This document shows positions 9,403 to 18,695 of a stretch of 48,786 bases of DNA, in pieces. The DNA is from a virus (lineage: Duplodnaviria; Caudoviricetes). The DNA lies in IMG/VR virus record IMGVR_UViG_3300022719_000026, positions 1 to 48,786 of that record; one strand, 5' to 3'. Each line of letters starts with the position of its first letter. Position 1 is the stretch's first letter. The notes beneath the pieces were generated by a model. It saw only the letters and a program-made list of their open reading frames with translations, was not told the DNA's origin and did no database searches. The position numbers and the translations under genes are program-made.

Positions 9403-9738
9403 TCACGTGATACCGTTGTCCAGCTCGTACTGTCGACGCCACTGTCGAGTGACGGCGAACAGGTCCCAGTAGTAGAGCACACGCCTGAGCGGATCCTGCT
9501 CGCGCAGGTTGTAGAACACGCCAGCTACCAGGTAGCCTTCCTCGTTCGCCAGCCGCAGGTACCCCTTCGGCGCGCTCTGGTCCGCGAACGTCACAGCCTC
9601 CTCTATGCTACGCGGGTGGCAGAGAACCGTCGAGCCCTCCCCCTCCCTGTGTATCTGAGGCATCCAGCCCTGCGCCAGCGCCCACCCAACTAGATGCTGA
9701 AATGCGCACTCCACGTGATCGAATGCGTCAGTCTGCAT
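9403..9738 (-). CDS. Hypothetical protein; stop codon supplied by the palindrome
   Basis: Ends ...DNGIT* inside the copy at 9399-9414. Confidence 0.55.
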   Translation of the reverse strand: MQTDAFDHVECAFQHLVGWALAQGWMPQIHREGEGSTVLCHPRSIEEAVTFADQSAPKGYLRLANEEGYLVAGVFYNLREQDPLRRVLYYWDLFAVTRQWRRQYELDNGIT

Positions 9739-9928
9739 CTACCCGCCCCAGCGACCCGCTCATTGCGTCCGGCAAGCGTCGGGCGACCATCTCCAGCCAC
9801 AGATTCGCCGCCTCCCGAACGTCAGCCGGCGCATCGTCCGGTATCTTCATCGAGAGCGTGTATCTGAAGCGAACAGGAATCCCGCAGAACAGAGCAATAA
9901 CATCCTCCATCGTTGTCACCAGTACCAT
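9728..9928 (-). CDS. Hypothetical protein (66 aa)
   Basis: RBS aggagg; contiguous gene packing. Confidence 0.5.
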   Translation of the reverse strand: MVLVTTMEDVIALFCGIPVRFRYTLSMKIPDDAPADVREAANLWLEMVARRLPDAMSGSLGRVDAD

Positions 9929-9931
9929 GCC

Positions 9932-11455
9932 TCACCTCCTAGCGTGCGCGTCGAGCGCCGCGTGTATGTTCCTGTCCTTCCAGACCGCAGTGCCGATCAC
10001 CCGCTCGTGCAGCGTCCCCGGCACCACCGGCACGTGGCCCAGCACGTACTCGCCCTCCTGTCCTATGCGATGCAGGCGGTCGAGGAGCTGATCGTTCTTT
10101 CCCGGCACCCAGTAGAACTCGGCCAGCACGGCGTCCTGCGCCGCAGTCAGGGTCCACCCCTCGCCAATCGTGGCGAGCTGACCGAGGATGATTCGACACC
10201 CGGGGTCCTGCTGGAACTTGTCGACCGCCTCTTGTTTTGCCCGCGGCGAGGTGCCGCCGTCCATGTACACGAGCCCGTACCCTGACAGGCGTTCGCGTAG
10301 GTACTGAAGCACGCTCAGCCCCGTCTTCGCTACGCCCTCACCGTCGAGCGTGTTCCGGTGCCACGCTGATAGCAGTAGCTTGTGCACCCCCTCCTTGAGC
10401 AGCTCCTCTACGTAGTCGGCCACCATCGGGGCGCACGCCTCCCCGAGTTGGCGCATGGCAGTGCTGATGGCGCCGTCCACCGGCACGCTGCGGTCGAAGG
10501 CGTCGGGGTCCAGCTCCCACAGGCGCTCGGCCTCCTTCCACCCTCGACTCTCCAGCGCTCTCCTCACGGCCGGCGTTGTCTCCAGGGGGACGAGGTGCCA
10601 TCGCTTCGGGGGCAGCTGCTGCAGCACGTCCTCCTTCAGCCGGCGCACCATCACCCGGGAGCGCAGGCGCCACTGGAGGTCCTCCATGTTGACCGGCACG
10701 TTGCGCACGGAGTTTGAGAAGTGAACTCGGCTCTCGTAGTGCGGCTCGCAGGGCATGCCGTACCTGTCCTTCGTCACCAGCACTGGCCCCCTGACGACGC
10801 CCTCGCCTTCTTCGTAGTAGTAGTCTCGGAAGGTATCGAGGCTCATGCGATCGATGGCGTCCCAGTCCATGAGGCGCACGGCGTTGTAGCACTCGATAGG
10901 CTGGTTCGGGAGGATAGTGCCGGAGAGCAGCGTGAAGCGGTCCGACACGCACGGGAGCATGTCTGGCGCGCAGATCGCACGGGTGCGCTTGTTCCCTTTC
11001 GGGTCCTTGAGGGCATGCGCCTCGTCCAGCACTACGTGATCCCATCGGGCGTCGAGTATGGCGTCCATGATCCCATCGTTGCGCAAGAGGTCGTAGCTGA
11101 TCACCACGAAGTCGTGCTCCAGCGACACCCCGTCCTTGCTCTTGAGCACGGGGTAGACCGTAGCGCCCTCGGTCGTGGACCACATCTTGATCTCTCTGGC
11201 CCAGTTGAGTCGGAGCGAGGCCGGGCAAACGACAAGCGTGCGCTCGGCCCCGATGGCGTTCCCGTAGAGGATGGACTCCGCCGTCTTGCCGAGCCCCGGC
11301 GCGTCTCCGATGAGGCAGTGGCGTCGAGAGATCCGGTACTCGACCGCCGCCTGCTGGTACGGAGAGGGCCGATGCGGACCCCACTCGGGCCACGGCGCCT
11401 CGTACCACACCGGCTCGACCGCGCGGCTGGCAGCGTAGGAGTCGGCGTCGCTCAC
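9932..11455 (-). CDS. SNF2-family (SF2) helicase/translocase
   Basis: GDAPGLGKT, LVVCPASL, DEAH, LSGT, GEGWTLT, QLLDRLHRIGQ. Confidence 0.9.
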   Translation of the reverse strand: MSDADSYAASRAVEPVWYEAPWPEWGPHRPSPYQQAAVEYRISRRHCLIGDAPGLGKTAESILYGNAIGAERTLVVCPASLRLNWAREIKMWSTTEGATVYPVLKSKDGVSLEHDFVVISYDLLRNDGIMDAILDARWDHVVLDEAHALKDPKGNKRTRAICAPDMLPCVSDRFTLLSGTILPNQPIECYNAVRLMDWDAIDRMSLDTFRDYYYEEGEGVVRGPVLVTKDRYGMPCEPHYESRVHFSNSVRNVPVNMEDLQWRLRSRVMVRRLKEDVLQQLPPKRWHLVPLETTPAVRRALESRGWKEAERLWELDPDAFDRSVPVDGAISTAMRQLGEACAPMVADYVEELLKEGVHKLLLSAWHRNTLDGEGVAKTGLSVLQYLRERLSGYGLVYMDGGTSPRAKQEAVDKFQQDPGCRIILGQLATIGEGWTLTAAQDAVLAEFYWVPGKNDQLLDRLHRIGQEGEYVLGHVPVVPGTLHERVIGTAVWKDRNIHAALDAHARR

Positions 11456-11742
11456 TGTTGAGGTTCTTCCCGGTCGTACTCCTCACCCGGTCTCGCGTAG
11501 TCGCTCGGGAGCATGCCGTCGTCCTCGGGAAGGTCGTCGTCCACGAAGTCCTCCAGAGGATAGCCGTCGCCGGGCTCGAATCCACGGGTATCACGTGATA
11601 CCTTCGACACCTTTGAGTTCGCCGGGAACTGCTTCGGCTGGCACTCCGGGCACCCATCGAGGTCGTGCCGGTTGCAGTACCAGCAGAAGCCCTGGGCCGG
11701 CCCGCAGCTCGGGCATCCCGGATCGCCGCACATGCAGGGCAC
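11452..11742 (-). CDS. Small Cys-rich (putative Zn-binding) protein with acidic tail
   Basis: CMC..GCPSC, CWYC, CPEC; contains the palindrome in frame (VSRDT). Confidence 0.55.
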   Translation of the reverse strand: MPCMCGDPGCPSCGPAQGFCWYCNRHDLDGCPECQPKQFPANSKVSKVSRDTRGFEPGDGYPLEDFVDDDLPEDDGMLPSDYARPGEEYDREEPQQ

Positions 11743-11743
11743 G

Positions 11744-11920
11744 TCAGTACCTCCAGTCGAGGCAGCGCCCCGGCTCGGGACCGAGCGCCTGGGACGGCGT
11801 GTACCAGATCTCGCCTATCGCCTCGCACGAGTGCGCGGCCATCGGCTCGTCCGTGTACGCGCACCCCGTGAGTACCAGCGCCAGCGTCAGCACCAGCATC
11901 GTGCCTGCCATCGTCCTCAT
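11744..11920 (-). CDS. Small putative lipoprotein (58 aa)
   Basis: RBS ggagg plus ATG at 11920; MRTMAGTMLVLTLALVLTG-C signal with LTGC lipobox. Confidence 0.6.
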   Translation of the reverse strand: MRTMAGTMLVLTLALVLTGCAYTDEPMAAHSCEAIGEIWYTPSQALGPEPGRCLDWRY

Positions 11921-11946
11921 CTCACACCTCCGCCTGCCGTCGGCCG

Positions 11947-12366
11947 CTACCAGATCCTCAGCGCCAGCTCGGTGACCGCCGCTCCCCAGGCTGCCGCGCC
12001 TAGGCTGACGCACGCCAGCTGCGCGTAGCGCACGAAGCCGAAGATCCACAGAGGGCGTACGTATGCCGACTGCGGGTCCTCGACGCGCGTGACCACGTGG
12101 GTCCCCTCCAGCACCCGGAAGCCAACGAGCCCTGCCTCCGAGAACCGTATCTGGTCACCCACCCTGCACCCGTGATCGCTCGTTACGGTCACCCTGCTCT
12201 CGCGCCACACGTCGTCGGTGAACACCGCCACGAACGCGCACGCCCACGAGAGCAGCACGGCCAGCGCACCAATCTCGCTGTTGTACTTCGTCAGCACGAG
12301 CAGCGAGCCCGCATTGAGGAAGTTGCCGGCCATGGTGGCGACCAGCTGGTTGTACGTCACGCTCAC
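11947..12366 (-). CDS. Hypothetical membrane protein
   Basis: RBS aggagg; several hydrophobic segments. Confidence 0.55.
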   Translation of the reverse strand: MSVTYNQLVATMAGNFLNAGSLLVLTKYNSEIGALAVLLSWACAFVAVFTDDVWRESRVTVTSDHGCRVGDQIRFSEAGLVGFRVLEGTHVVTRVEDPQSAYVRPLWIFGFVRYAQLACVSLGAAAWGAAVTELALRIW

Positions 12367-12376
12367 GCCGCACCTC

Positions 12377-12595
12377 CTAGCTGTCGAGCTGCTGAGAGAA
12401 CTCCCCGCAGCGCCACTTACAGTTGGGGTAGAACGACAGCTTCTGGATCTGCGGTGGTGCCCCGACCACCGGCCCGGGCACGATCTGCTGCGTGGCCGTC
12501 GGGGGCGCTCTCCTGCACTCCCAGTTGTCCCCGTCGACTACCGCTCGATGACGGCAGCCCTCGCACGTCGGCCAGCTACTCGCCTGCTCGTCCAC
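12377..12595 (-). CDS. Hypothetical Cys-motif protein
   Basis: CEGC, ECRRAPP, CGEF; RBS aaggagg. Confidence 0.55.
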   Translation of the reverse strand: MDEQASSWPTCEGCRHRAVVDGDNWECRRAPPTATQQIVPGPVVGAPPQIQKLSFYPNCKWRCGEFSQQLDS

Positions 12596-12809
12596 GCCTC
12601 ACCTCCTTCGCTCGCTGGTTGTCGGGACCGGCGCGCAGCGTGTGCCTCTGCCCGGTCGCCTCCGCGTGCTGGTTGCGCACCACCTTGGCCGCTCGCTTCG
12701 AGTCGAACCAGATTGGCTCGCCGTCCTCGGAGCGCACCAGCTCCTCGGGCAGCTCGTCCGTGGCCACCCGCACGATTCCGTACAGCCTGAGCCCCTTTCT
12801 CGTCTTCAC
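12576..12809 (-). CDS. Hypothetical protein (77 aa)
   Basis: Coupled to neighbouring genes. Confidence 0.5.
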   Translation of the reverse strand: MKTRKGLRLYGIVRVATDELPEELVRSEDGEPIWFDSKRAAKVVRNQHAEATGQRHTLRAGPDNQRAKEVRRGRAGE

Positions 12810-13120
12810 CGTCCGCCCCTCGCTCGCTTGACTTTCGCTCGCAGCTGAGCACCCTGCCTCCCGCCGTGCGATCGCACCATCCTCTCGCGCTTGCGATTGC
12901 GGCGCTGGTTGCGGGGACGCTGAGGCGGGCCGTAGTTGTGCGTAGCCGCGTACCCTCCGGTAGCGAACCTGCCTCCCATGGGAAGCGAGTCGTCGCTCAG
13001 GTCCTGCCTGACACCGGCGTCCGAGGGAGCGCGCTTCTTCTGAAACCCGAGCAGCGCTAGCAGCGCTCTGAAGATGTGCTGAAGCAGCGCTAGCAGCGCT
13101 CTGAAGATGTGCTGAAGCAT
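12806..13120 (-). CDS. Basic hypothetical protein with a 33-bp internal duplication
   Basis: RBS ggagg; LQHIFRALLA appears twice, from exact repeat 13050-13082/13083-13115. Confidence 0.55.
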   Translation of the reverse strand: MLQHIFRALLALLQHIFRALLALLGFQKKRAPSDAGVRQDLSDDSLPMGGRFATGGYAATHNYGPPQRPRNQRRNRKRERMVRSHGGRQGAQLRAKVKRARGGR

Positions 13121-13168
13121 CGCCGGTTCCTCCAGCTCAAGGTATCACGTGATACCCTGCGAGAAAGT

Positions 13169-13208
13169 GGGGGAGAGGGCAAGGTGTGGAGTGCCTGCCC
13201 TCTCCCCC
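13169..13208 (-). terminator. Stem-loop downstream of 13242..14162
   Basis: gggggagagggca ... tgccctctccccc, 13-bp stem. Confidence 0.55.
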
Positions 13209-13241
13209 GGTCCGCCCGGTGCCGAGCTACGTGGGCGGTTG

Positions 13242-14162
13242 CTACTCGTCGTACACGAGGCGGGCGCCGACCTGCTCGGCCACCCACTCCGCGAACTCGA
13301 TGCGCGACTTCGCCCGCAGACGCTTGAACCCGGAGCGGAGGCGATCCTGCCCCTTGAGCTTGGAGTCCTCGGCCTCCTCGTTCTCGTCCGAGCCGGCGAT
13401 GCCGTACATCTCCGCCTGCTGCCGGAGCAGCTCCTCGCGCGCGTCCGGCTCCATGTCGTCGAGCGCCATCCGCACCTTGGTCGGGTCGGCCGCCGGCTCG
13501 CCGCTGGACTTCTGCTCCTTCTTCGCCCGGTGCTTCGCCTGCGTGGCGGCGTGGCGCTCGCGCTGGTCCTCCAGGAGCTTCTGGCCGGCGCCGGGCTCCT
13601 CGCGCTCGGCGACGCCGATGCGGAGCAGCTTCTTGATGCTCTGCTGCCCGAGCCGCTCCGGCTCCTCGCCCTCGCGCTTCGGAGGGAAGTGGAGGTTCTC
13701 GGCGGCCCAGTCGTAGAACTTGACGCCGGCCGTCTTCGCGTGCTCCTGCGCCGTCGCGATCTCGATGGCGACGGCGAGCCGGTGGTCGACAGCCTTGCCC
13801 TCGGCCCGGTCGAGGGCGACGAGGCGGTGGTTGATCTTCTGCCGGTCCTTCTCCAGCTCGGACTCGGCCTTCTCCCGCGCCCGCTTCGCCTTGGCCTCCG
13901 CCGCCTCCTTCTCCTTCTTCTTGACCTCGTCGGCCGCCGCCTTGCGCGCCGCCTTCTCGGCCTCCCTGGCCTCACGGGCGAGGCGCTGGGCCTCGGTCTC
14001 CCCCTTCCTCGCTGCGGTCGTCTTCGTCGTCGGCTTCTTCTTGCGCGTGGTCTTCTTCACCGTGGCGTCCTTCGCCTGCGCATCCTTCTTCTTGCGCGTG
14101 GTCTTCTTCGTCCGGCGCCGGGTGCGCCGGGTGCTGTCGCTGGCCTGCATCTGCTCGTTCAT
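13242..14162 (-). CDS. Putative DNA-binding protein: Lys-rich histone H1-like N-terminus plus DUF3102-like core
   Basis: KKTTRKKK repeats; AIEIATAQEHAKTAGVKFYDWAAENL...GQQSIKKLLRIG; paralog of 22881..23483. Confidence 0.6.
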   Translation of the reverse strand: MNEQMQASDSTRRTRRRTKKTTRKKKDAQAKDATVKKTTRKKKPTTKTTAARKGETEAQRLAREAREAEKAARKAAADEVKKKEKEAAEAKAKRAREKAESELEKDRQKINHRLVALDRAEGKAVDHRLAVAIEIATAQEHAKTAGVKFYDWAAENLHFPPKREGEEPERLGQQSIKKLLRIGVAEREEPGAGQKLLEDQRERHAATQAKHRAKKEQKSSGEPAADPTKVRMALDDMEPDAREELLRQQAEMYGIAGSDENEEAEDSKLKGQDRLRSGFKRLRAKSRIEFAEWVAEQVGARLVYDE

Positions 14163-14419
14163 CTCGCCTGCTCCTCTCGGTTGTCGCCTTCGTGTTGGGT
14201 ATCACGTGATACCCTCGGAATGCATCGTGCCGCCTCGGGCTTGTCCTCGTCAAGACCCCAGCGAAGGCCGCACAGCGCGCACGCTATCTCGTCCAGCTCT
14301 CGCCGGGCTCGACAGCGCTTCACGGTATCGGACTTGGGCACTCGCCTGCTCCCTTGCTTGGCGGCCTTCTTGGGCGCCGTCCGGTCATCGTGAGGACATT
14401 TTAAGCGATCCGTGATCAC
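14159..14419 (-). CDS. Small Cys-containing hypothetical protein
   Basis: CALC motif; palindrome in frame (VSRDT); stop overlaps next start. Confidence 0.45.
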   Translation of the reverse strand: MITDRLKCPHDDRTAPKKAAKQGSRRVPKSDTVKRCRARRELDEIACALCGLRWGLDEDKPEAARCIPRVSRDTQHEGDNREEQAR

Positions 14420-14517
14420 CAGTCAATCCCCGCCCCGCTCGTCGCAGATCTGTAGCCAGATGCGCTCAGGGCCTTCGTGTTTTGTCTTGTCCATCTCACT
14501 CCTCACTGGAGGCGCGT

Positions 14518-14841
14518 CTACTTGGGACGGGCTCGCAGCGCCTCCAGTGCCCGTTCGAGAAGCGTTACGCATGCCTCGTGGTCGCCGCGGAAGACGGCGT
14601 AGTTCAGTTGGACCGGAAGATGGTCGCCGCCGCCGATGGAGATGCGCAGGATCCCCTGCTGGTCGTTGGGGAGCTGACGAACGTGAAATGTGCCGTCCTT
14701 CCACGTTTCCAGCGGCTCCTCCTCCGGAGCGCCCGCCGTGATCTCGGCGCGCCCGAGTGACTTGCTTAGTTCAGCGCGCGCTTGAAGGTGGGCGAGGAAC
14801 AGTCCTGGCTTGGGGTGCTGGTCGTCGTCATGGGTCTGCAT
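14518..14841 (-). CDS. Hypothetical protein (107 aa)
   Basis: RBS gaggag plus ATG. Confidence 0.55.
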   Translation of the reverse strand: MQTHDDDQHPKPGLFLAHLQARAELSKSLGRAEITAGAPEEEPLETWKDGTFHVRQLPNDQQGILRISIGGGDHLPVQLNYAVFRGDHEACVTLLERALEALRARPK

Positions 14842-15114
14842 GCTTATTTCTCCTCACTGGAGGCGCGGTGGTGGTGGACAGCCCTTCACGCCGGTTTTAG
14901 TCCCGGCCAACGTGGGCCAGCCGTTGCAACAGACCACACACCACCGCGCCATTGACTAGTTCTCGCCCGGCGGCATCTTCCCCGCGCGGCCCTTCTCGGC
15001 GGCGATCCACCGCATCCGACGCGACGTGAATCCGTGCCGCGTGTAGTACCGCTCCCACGCTCGGATGAACAGCGAGCGGTTTCTGTAACTTCCGTTGCCG
15101 ACTGTCAGCATCGT

Positions 15115-15417
15115 CTAGTCCTCGCGCTCGGTGCGGGCGAGGGCTTCGTCCAGCACGCTCATTGCCTTTAGGCACGGCCCGTTGCGTGTCTTAGGCGTAG
15201 CGAAGGTCAGGTGGTACCTCGCTTCGGCGATCGCCCGCTCCACCCGCTCGGCGCGGTCGAGGGCGGCGCGGAGGGTGTCCCGACACGCTTCCGCATCCAC
15301 ATCGAACCGCTCACGGTTAGCGTCCTGATACAACCGCTCCAGCGCGGCGCGCGCTTTCTGTGCCTGCACTAGTAGGGCCTCGACCTCGGCGCGACGACGA
15401 GCAGCTAGGTCAGCCAT
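15115..15417 (-). CDS. Coiled-coil hypothetical protein
   Basis: ATG at 15417 overlaps the upstream stop. Confidence 0.5.
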   Translation of the reverse strand: MADLAARRRAEVEALLVQAQKARAALERLYQDANRERFDVDAEACRDTLRAALDRAERVERAIAEARYHLTFATPKTRNGPCLKAMSVLDEALARTERED

Positions 15418-15680
15418 CACTCGTACTCCTCGTCCTCGGCTACCTGCCGCACGGGCGCCGTCACGATGCGCACCCACTCGCCGTACTTGCGGCTCCAGCC
15501 GTACACGCCACCCTCGCACAGAGCCAGCAGCACGCCCTCGATCTCAGCCGAGCCGTGGATGGCGCCCGTCTCCCTCGGCAGCGGCTTCTCGTAGCGGTAC
15601 CGCTTCGGAGCGCCGGACTCGTCTGGCTCCTCGTACCGCTCGCCTGTGGCGATGCACACCACCTTGCCGTTGTCGCTCAC
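15417..15680 (-). CDS. Hypothetical protein
   Basis: GTG at 15680 preceded by ggagg. Confidence 0.5.
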   Translation of the reverse strand: MSDNGKVVCIATGERYEEPDESGAPKRYRYEKPLPRETGAIHGSAEIEGVLLALCEGGVYGWSRKYGEWVRIVTAPVRQVAEDEEYE

Positions 15681-15765
15681 TAGACCACGTCCTCCGCGCA
15701 GTCGCACAACTCGTCGCTCGTCTTCGGCATCAGCCTACCTCCTCTCTGTGTATCACGTGATACCC

Positions 15766-17751
15766 TCAGCCGTCGGAAGCATTATCCTTTCCTTTCGGCT
15801 TGTAGATCCAGACCCCCTTGCCCTGATCGAAGCACCCTGCCACAGGGTGCGCCTTGTCGGTGGTCAGCTCGTCGAGATAGCGGTTGCGCACCGTACCCGC
15901 CGCCACGCTCACGCTCTCGTCCGCCGCTACCGCCTGAGCGAGCGCGTTCCTGCTCCACTCCTTGCCGGGGTACCGGCGCATGATCTGGTAGGCCACCTTG
16001 CGCACGTGCGCCAGCTCCACCTCCCGCTCGCCCGCAGCCCTCCTGCCGCCGCCTCTCCCTCGCTCCTTCGACTCCTCCGGCCTCTCGCTCAGGGGCAGGC
16101 GCATCTGCCTGCGGTCGGGAGCGACCGCCACCAGCGAGTTCTCGTACTCCCGAAGCTCGATGAGCAGGGCGTCCTCCCACTCTGGCGCGTCCTTCTGCTT
16201 CGGGTTGCGCACGCGCACCACCCGTTGCTCCCAACGCTCGGTGACGAACTCGGCGTCCACGTCGGCGCCGAACACGCTGCTGCCCCGAGCCCGGTCGGAC
16301 GCCTCGTGGCCCGTGTGATGCACCGCCAGCACCGCCGAGCCCAGCTCCGCCTGTATCGTCTGCACCATGAAAGTGAACCGGCTGGCGTCCTGCTGCGAGT
16401 TCTCGTTGAGCCCCTGCATCGACCTGCCTACGGTGTCTATCACCACCAGCTCGAACCCATCGACGGACAGCGCCTTCGCTCCCTCGACGAACGCCGTTAC
16501 GTCCTCCTCGGTCGGGTGCGGCACGGGGTCAGCGAGGTAGAACGCCTCGGTGGCGTCGCCGTCCACGTGCATGCTGCGCCACGCCGCAACCCTCGACCTG
16601 AATCCCGCCCTTCCCTCGCCCGCCACGTACAGCACCGGCCCCTGCCTCGCCTCGGCCCATGGTCCCAGCCAGTCGCCCTCCTCGAACCACGCCGCTCCCC
16701 CGCAGGCCACGGTCAGCGCCATGTCGAGGGCGAGGAATGTCTTGTACGTGCTCCTTGGCCCGACGAGCATGGCGTACCCTCCCCTCGGGATGCAGCCGGC
16801 TATCAGCCACTCGGGCGGGCGTATGCTCTCGACGCCAAGCTCATCGACGAACCGGAAGCGTCCCGCCTGCGTCTCCCTCCCTCCGCCCTGGGTATCACGT
16901 GATACCGGAGCGAACAGGCGCTGCGTCCTCGCTACCCGGTACGCCTGCGTCAGGTTGCCGGGCGGGCTCGTGTTGTAGGCGTAGGCGTTGCGTACCTTGC
17001 GCTCCAGGTGCTCAGCCTCGTCCGCTCCCCACGGAGGCAGGCACCGGGGATTCCAGTGCTGCCACATGAGGTCGGAGGCGGTCTCTGGCGAGAGCCCGTA
17101 GCTCTTGCACATGGCCGCTGTCCGGTAGGCCATGTCGTCACCGCCGGCGCCCTCGATCGCTATCCTTGCCTCGTCGATCAGGTACCTCGTCGCCTCCTCG
17201 ACGTTCTCGGGAAGGTCAGGCTCTATGACCCACTCGTCCCGGTCCTCTGACTTGGCGGTCGCCTCGGAAAGCTGTAGCAGAGGACCAGGACGATGGCTCG
17301 GGCGACCCTCGCTCTCCCACTCGTACGCACCGTCCCTAGTGCGACTCGGCGGGAGTAGTACGTAGGAGTGGAAGCTGCGTACGTCGACATGCGGGGCAAC
17401 CTTCGAGGCGGAAGGCGGAACCACCTCGTTCCGGGCCAGTTGGTAGAATCGGTGGGATCCTCCCCGTGGCGTTCGTGATAGTAGCTCAGTCTCAAGGTTA
17501 GACTCCAGAACACGCCGCACCTCCTCGATGTCGCTTCCGGGGTCGAAGTCGAGCACCACCATCCCGGCGCCGCCCACGTCTAACCCGATGTTGGCCCGAG
17601 GGAACTCGCTCCACCACGCTCTTACCTGTCGCTCGCTGGTGGTAGCGTCAAGCACTCCTCGGGGCGTATATGGAGCCTTGTCCGCCCGGCATGGGAAGAC
17701 AGGCCACCCCCGCCGGGCGTACCCCAGCGCAGCTTCAAGCAGCTCAGGCAT
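15766..17751 (-). CDS. Bifunctional primase-polymerase (Prim-Pol) fused to AAA_25/RepA-like helicase
   Basis: GWPVFPC..DKAP, NIGLD, VVLDFD, TPRGGSHRFY; Walker A GPRSTYKT, LYVAGEG, Walker B VVIDT, VHHTG, RGSS. Confidence 0.9.
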   Translation of the reverse strand: MPELLEAALGYARRGWPVFPCRADKAPYTPRGVLDATTSERQVRAWWSEFPRANIGLDVGGAGMVVLDFDPGSDIEEVRRVLESNLETELLSRTPRGGSHRFYQLARNEVVPPSASKVAPHVDVRSFHSYVLLPPSRTRDGAYEWESEGRPSHRPGPLLQLSEATAKSEDRDEWVIEPDLPENVEEATRYLIDEARIAIEGAGGDDMAYRTAAMCKSYGLSPETASDLMWQHWNPRCLPPWGADEAEHLERKVRNAYAYNTSPPGNLTQAYRVARTQRLFAPVSRDTQGGGRETQAGRFRFVDELGVESIRPPEWLIAGCIPRGGYAMLVGPRSTYKTFLALDMALTVACGGAAWFEEGDWLGPWAEARQGPVLYVAGEGRAGFRSRVAAWRSMHVDGDATEAFYLADPVPHPTEEDVTAFVEGAKALSVDGFELVVIDTVGRSMQGLNENSQQDASRFTFMVQTIQAELGSAVLAVHHTGHEASDRARGSSVFGADVDAEFVTERWEQRVVRVRNPKQKDAPEWEDALLIELREYENSLVAVAPDRRQMRLPLSERPEESKERGRGGGRRAAGEREVELAHVRKVAYQIMRRYPGKEWSRNALAQAVAADESVSVAAGTVRNRYLDELTTDKAHPVAGCFDQGKGVWIYKPKGKDNASDG

Positions 17752-17796
17752 TCGTGCGCTCCAGTTACTAAGTTGCTATCACGTGATAGCGCAAGC

Positions 17797-18186
17797 TTAC
17801 TCTCCCTTCGCCAGCCGGTCGTACAAGACAGCTGTGCCGACGATGAAGTCCCCGTCCCGGAGCATCGACGGGGGGCCGATGAGCACGAGACTGGCGAGGT
17901 AGTTGAGGGGTCGCTTCTTGAGCTTCCCATTCTCGTCGACGAACATCGATCGCTTCTCCACGACCGGAGAAGCGTGCGCGAAGTTCACCCACGGCACGCG
18001 CACGTGCTCGACGCACGAGCACCCGATCCACTCGTAGAGCTGAGCGAGCGTCGGCTCGCCTGAGTCGGGGTACACCTGTGCGACGCCGCCTTCGGGTGCT
18101 TCCCACGCTGCGATGGAGCCTTTCTCGTGAATCAGCTCGAAGTTCCAGATGCTGTCGTCGTCGTAGAAGATTGTCACTCGCATCAC
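17797..18186 (-). CDS. DUF3846-like protein
   Basis: LAQLYEWIG..VE, MFVDENGKLK.RPLN.LAS, IVGTAVL. Confidence 0.65.
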   Translation of the reverse strand: MMRVTIFYDDDSIWNFELIHEKGSIAAWEAPEGGVAQVYPDSGEPTLAQLYEWIGCSCVEHVRVPWVNFAHASPVVEKRSMFVDENGKLKKRPLNYLASLVLIGPPSMLRDGDFIVGTAVLYDRLAKGE

Positions 18187-18214
18187 TCACCCTCCATTCT
18201 ATCTCAGTTCTTCG

Positions 18215-18532
18215 CTATCGGAACGCGCGCCCGATGCGGTCGAGCAGCACCACGTCGCCGAACAATGAGCCTCCGAAAAGCAGCGAGGCGATGTTATTCG
18301 GCGCCACCTCCTCTACGCTATCGAAGCTCACGTCAGCCGACACGTACATGCTGCGATGCTCACTCCCCAACAGCACGCCCTCGGGAGTCGAGCCCTTCAC
18401 CACCATCCACTGTACGGCAAGGTGCTTCACTTCCCCTTTCGTGCCAAGCATCTCCCGGATCTCGTCCGGCGTCGGCTCGCCCCAGGCTCGCTGAAGGATG
18501 ATGCCGTTCGCTTTGATTACGGTTACGAGCAT
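18215..18532 (-). CDS. Divergent DUF3846-like protein
   Basis: PTPDEIREMLG, MYVS, APNNIAS, LFGDVVLL parallel the neighbouring gene. Confidence 0.5.
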   Translation of the reverse strand: MLVTVIKANGIILQRAWGEPTPDEIREMLGTKGEVKHLAVQWMVVKGSTPEGVLLGSEHRSMYVSADVSFDSVEEVAPNNIASLLFGGSLFGDVVLLDRIGRAFR

Positions 18533-18536
18533 GTCG

Positions 18537-18686
18537 CTACTCTCCGTCCAGCACGCCGTCGCCCTCGCTGAGAAGGGCTTCGGTGAGCGTATCGCTCTTG
18601 TTCTTCGCCGTCTCGTCGGAGTCGACGAACTCTCGCACCAGCTCAGCGATTCGCTCGGCTTTCTGCATCGTATATTTCTGCATCAT
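18537..18686 (-). CDS. Small acidic protein (49 aa)
   Basis: RBS gaggag plus ATG; translated by hand; fills the gap. Confidence 0.45.
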   Translation of the reverse strand: MMQKYTMQKAERIAELVREFVDSDETAKNKSDTLTEALLSEGDGVLDGE

Positions 18687-18695
18687 CGTCTCCTC

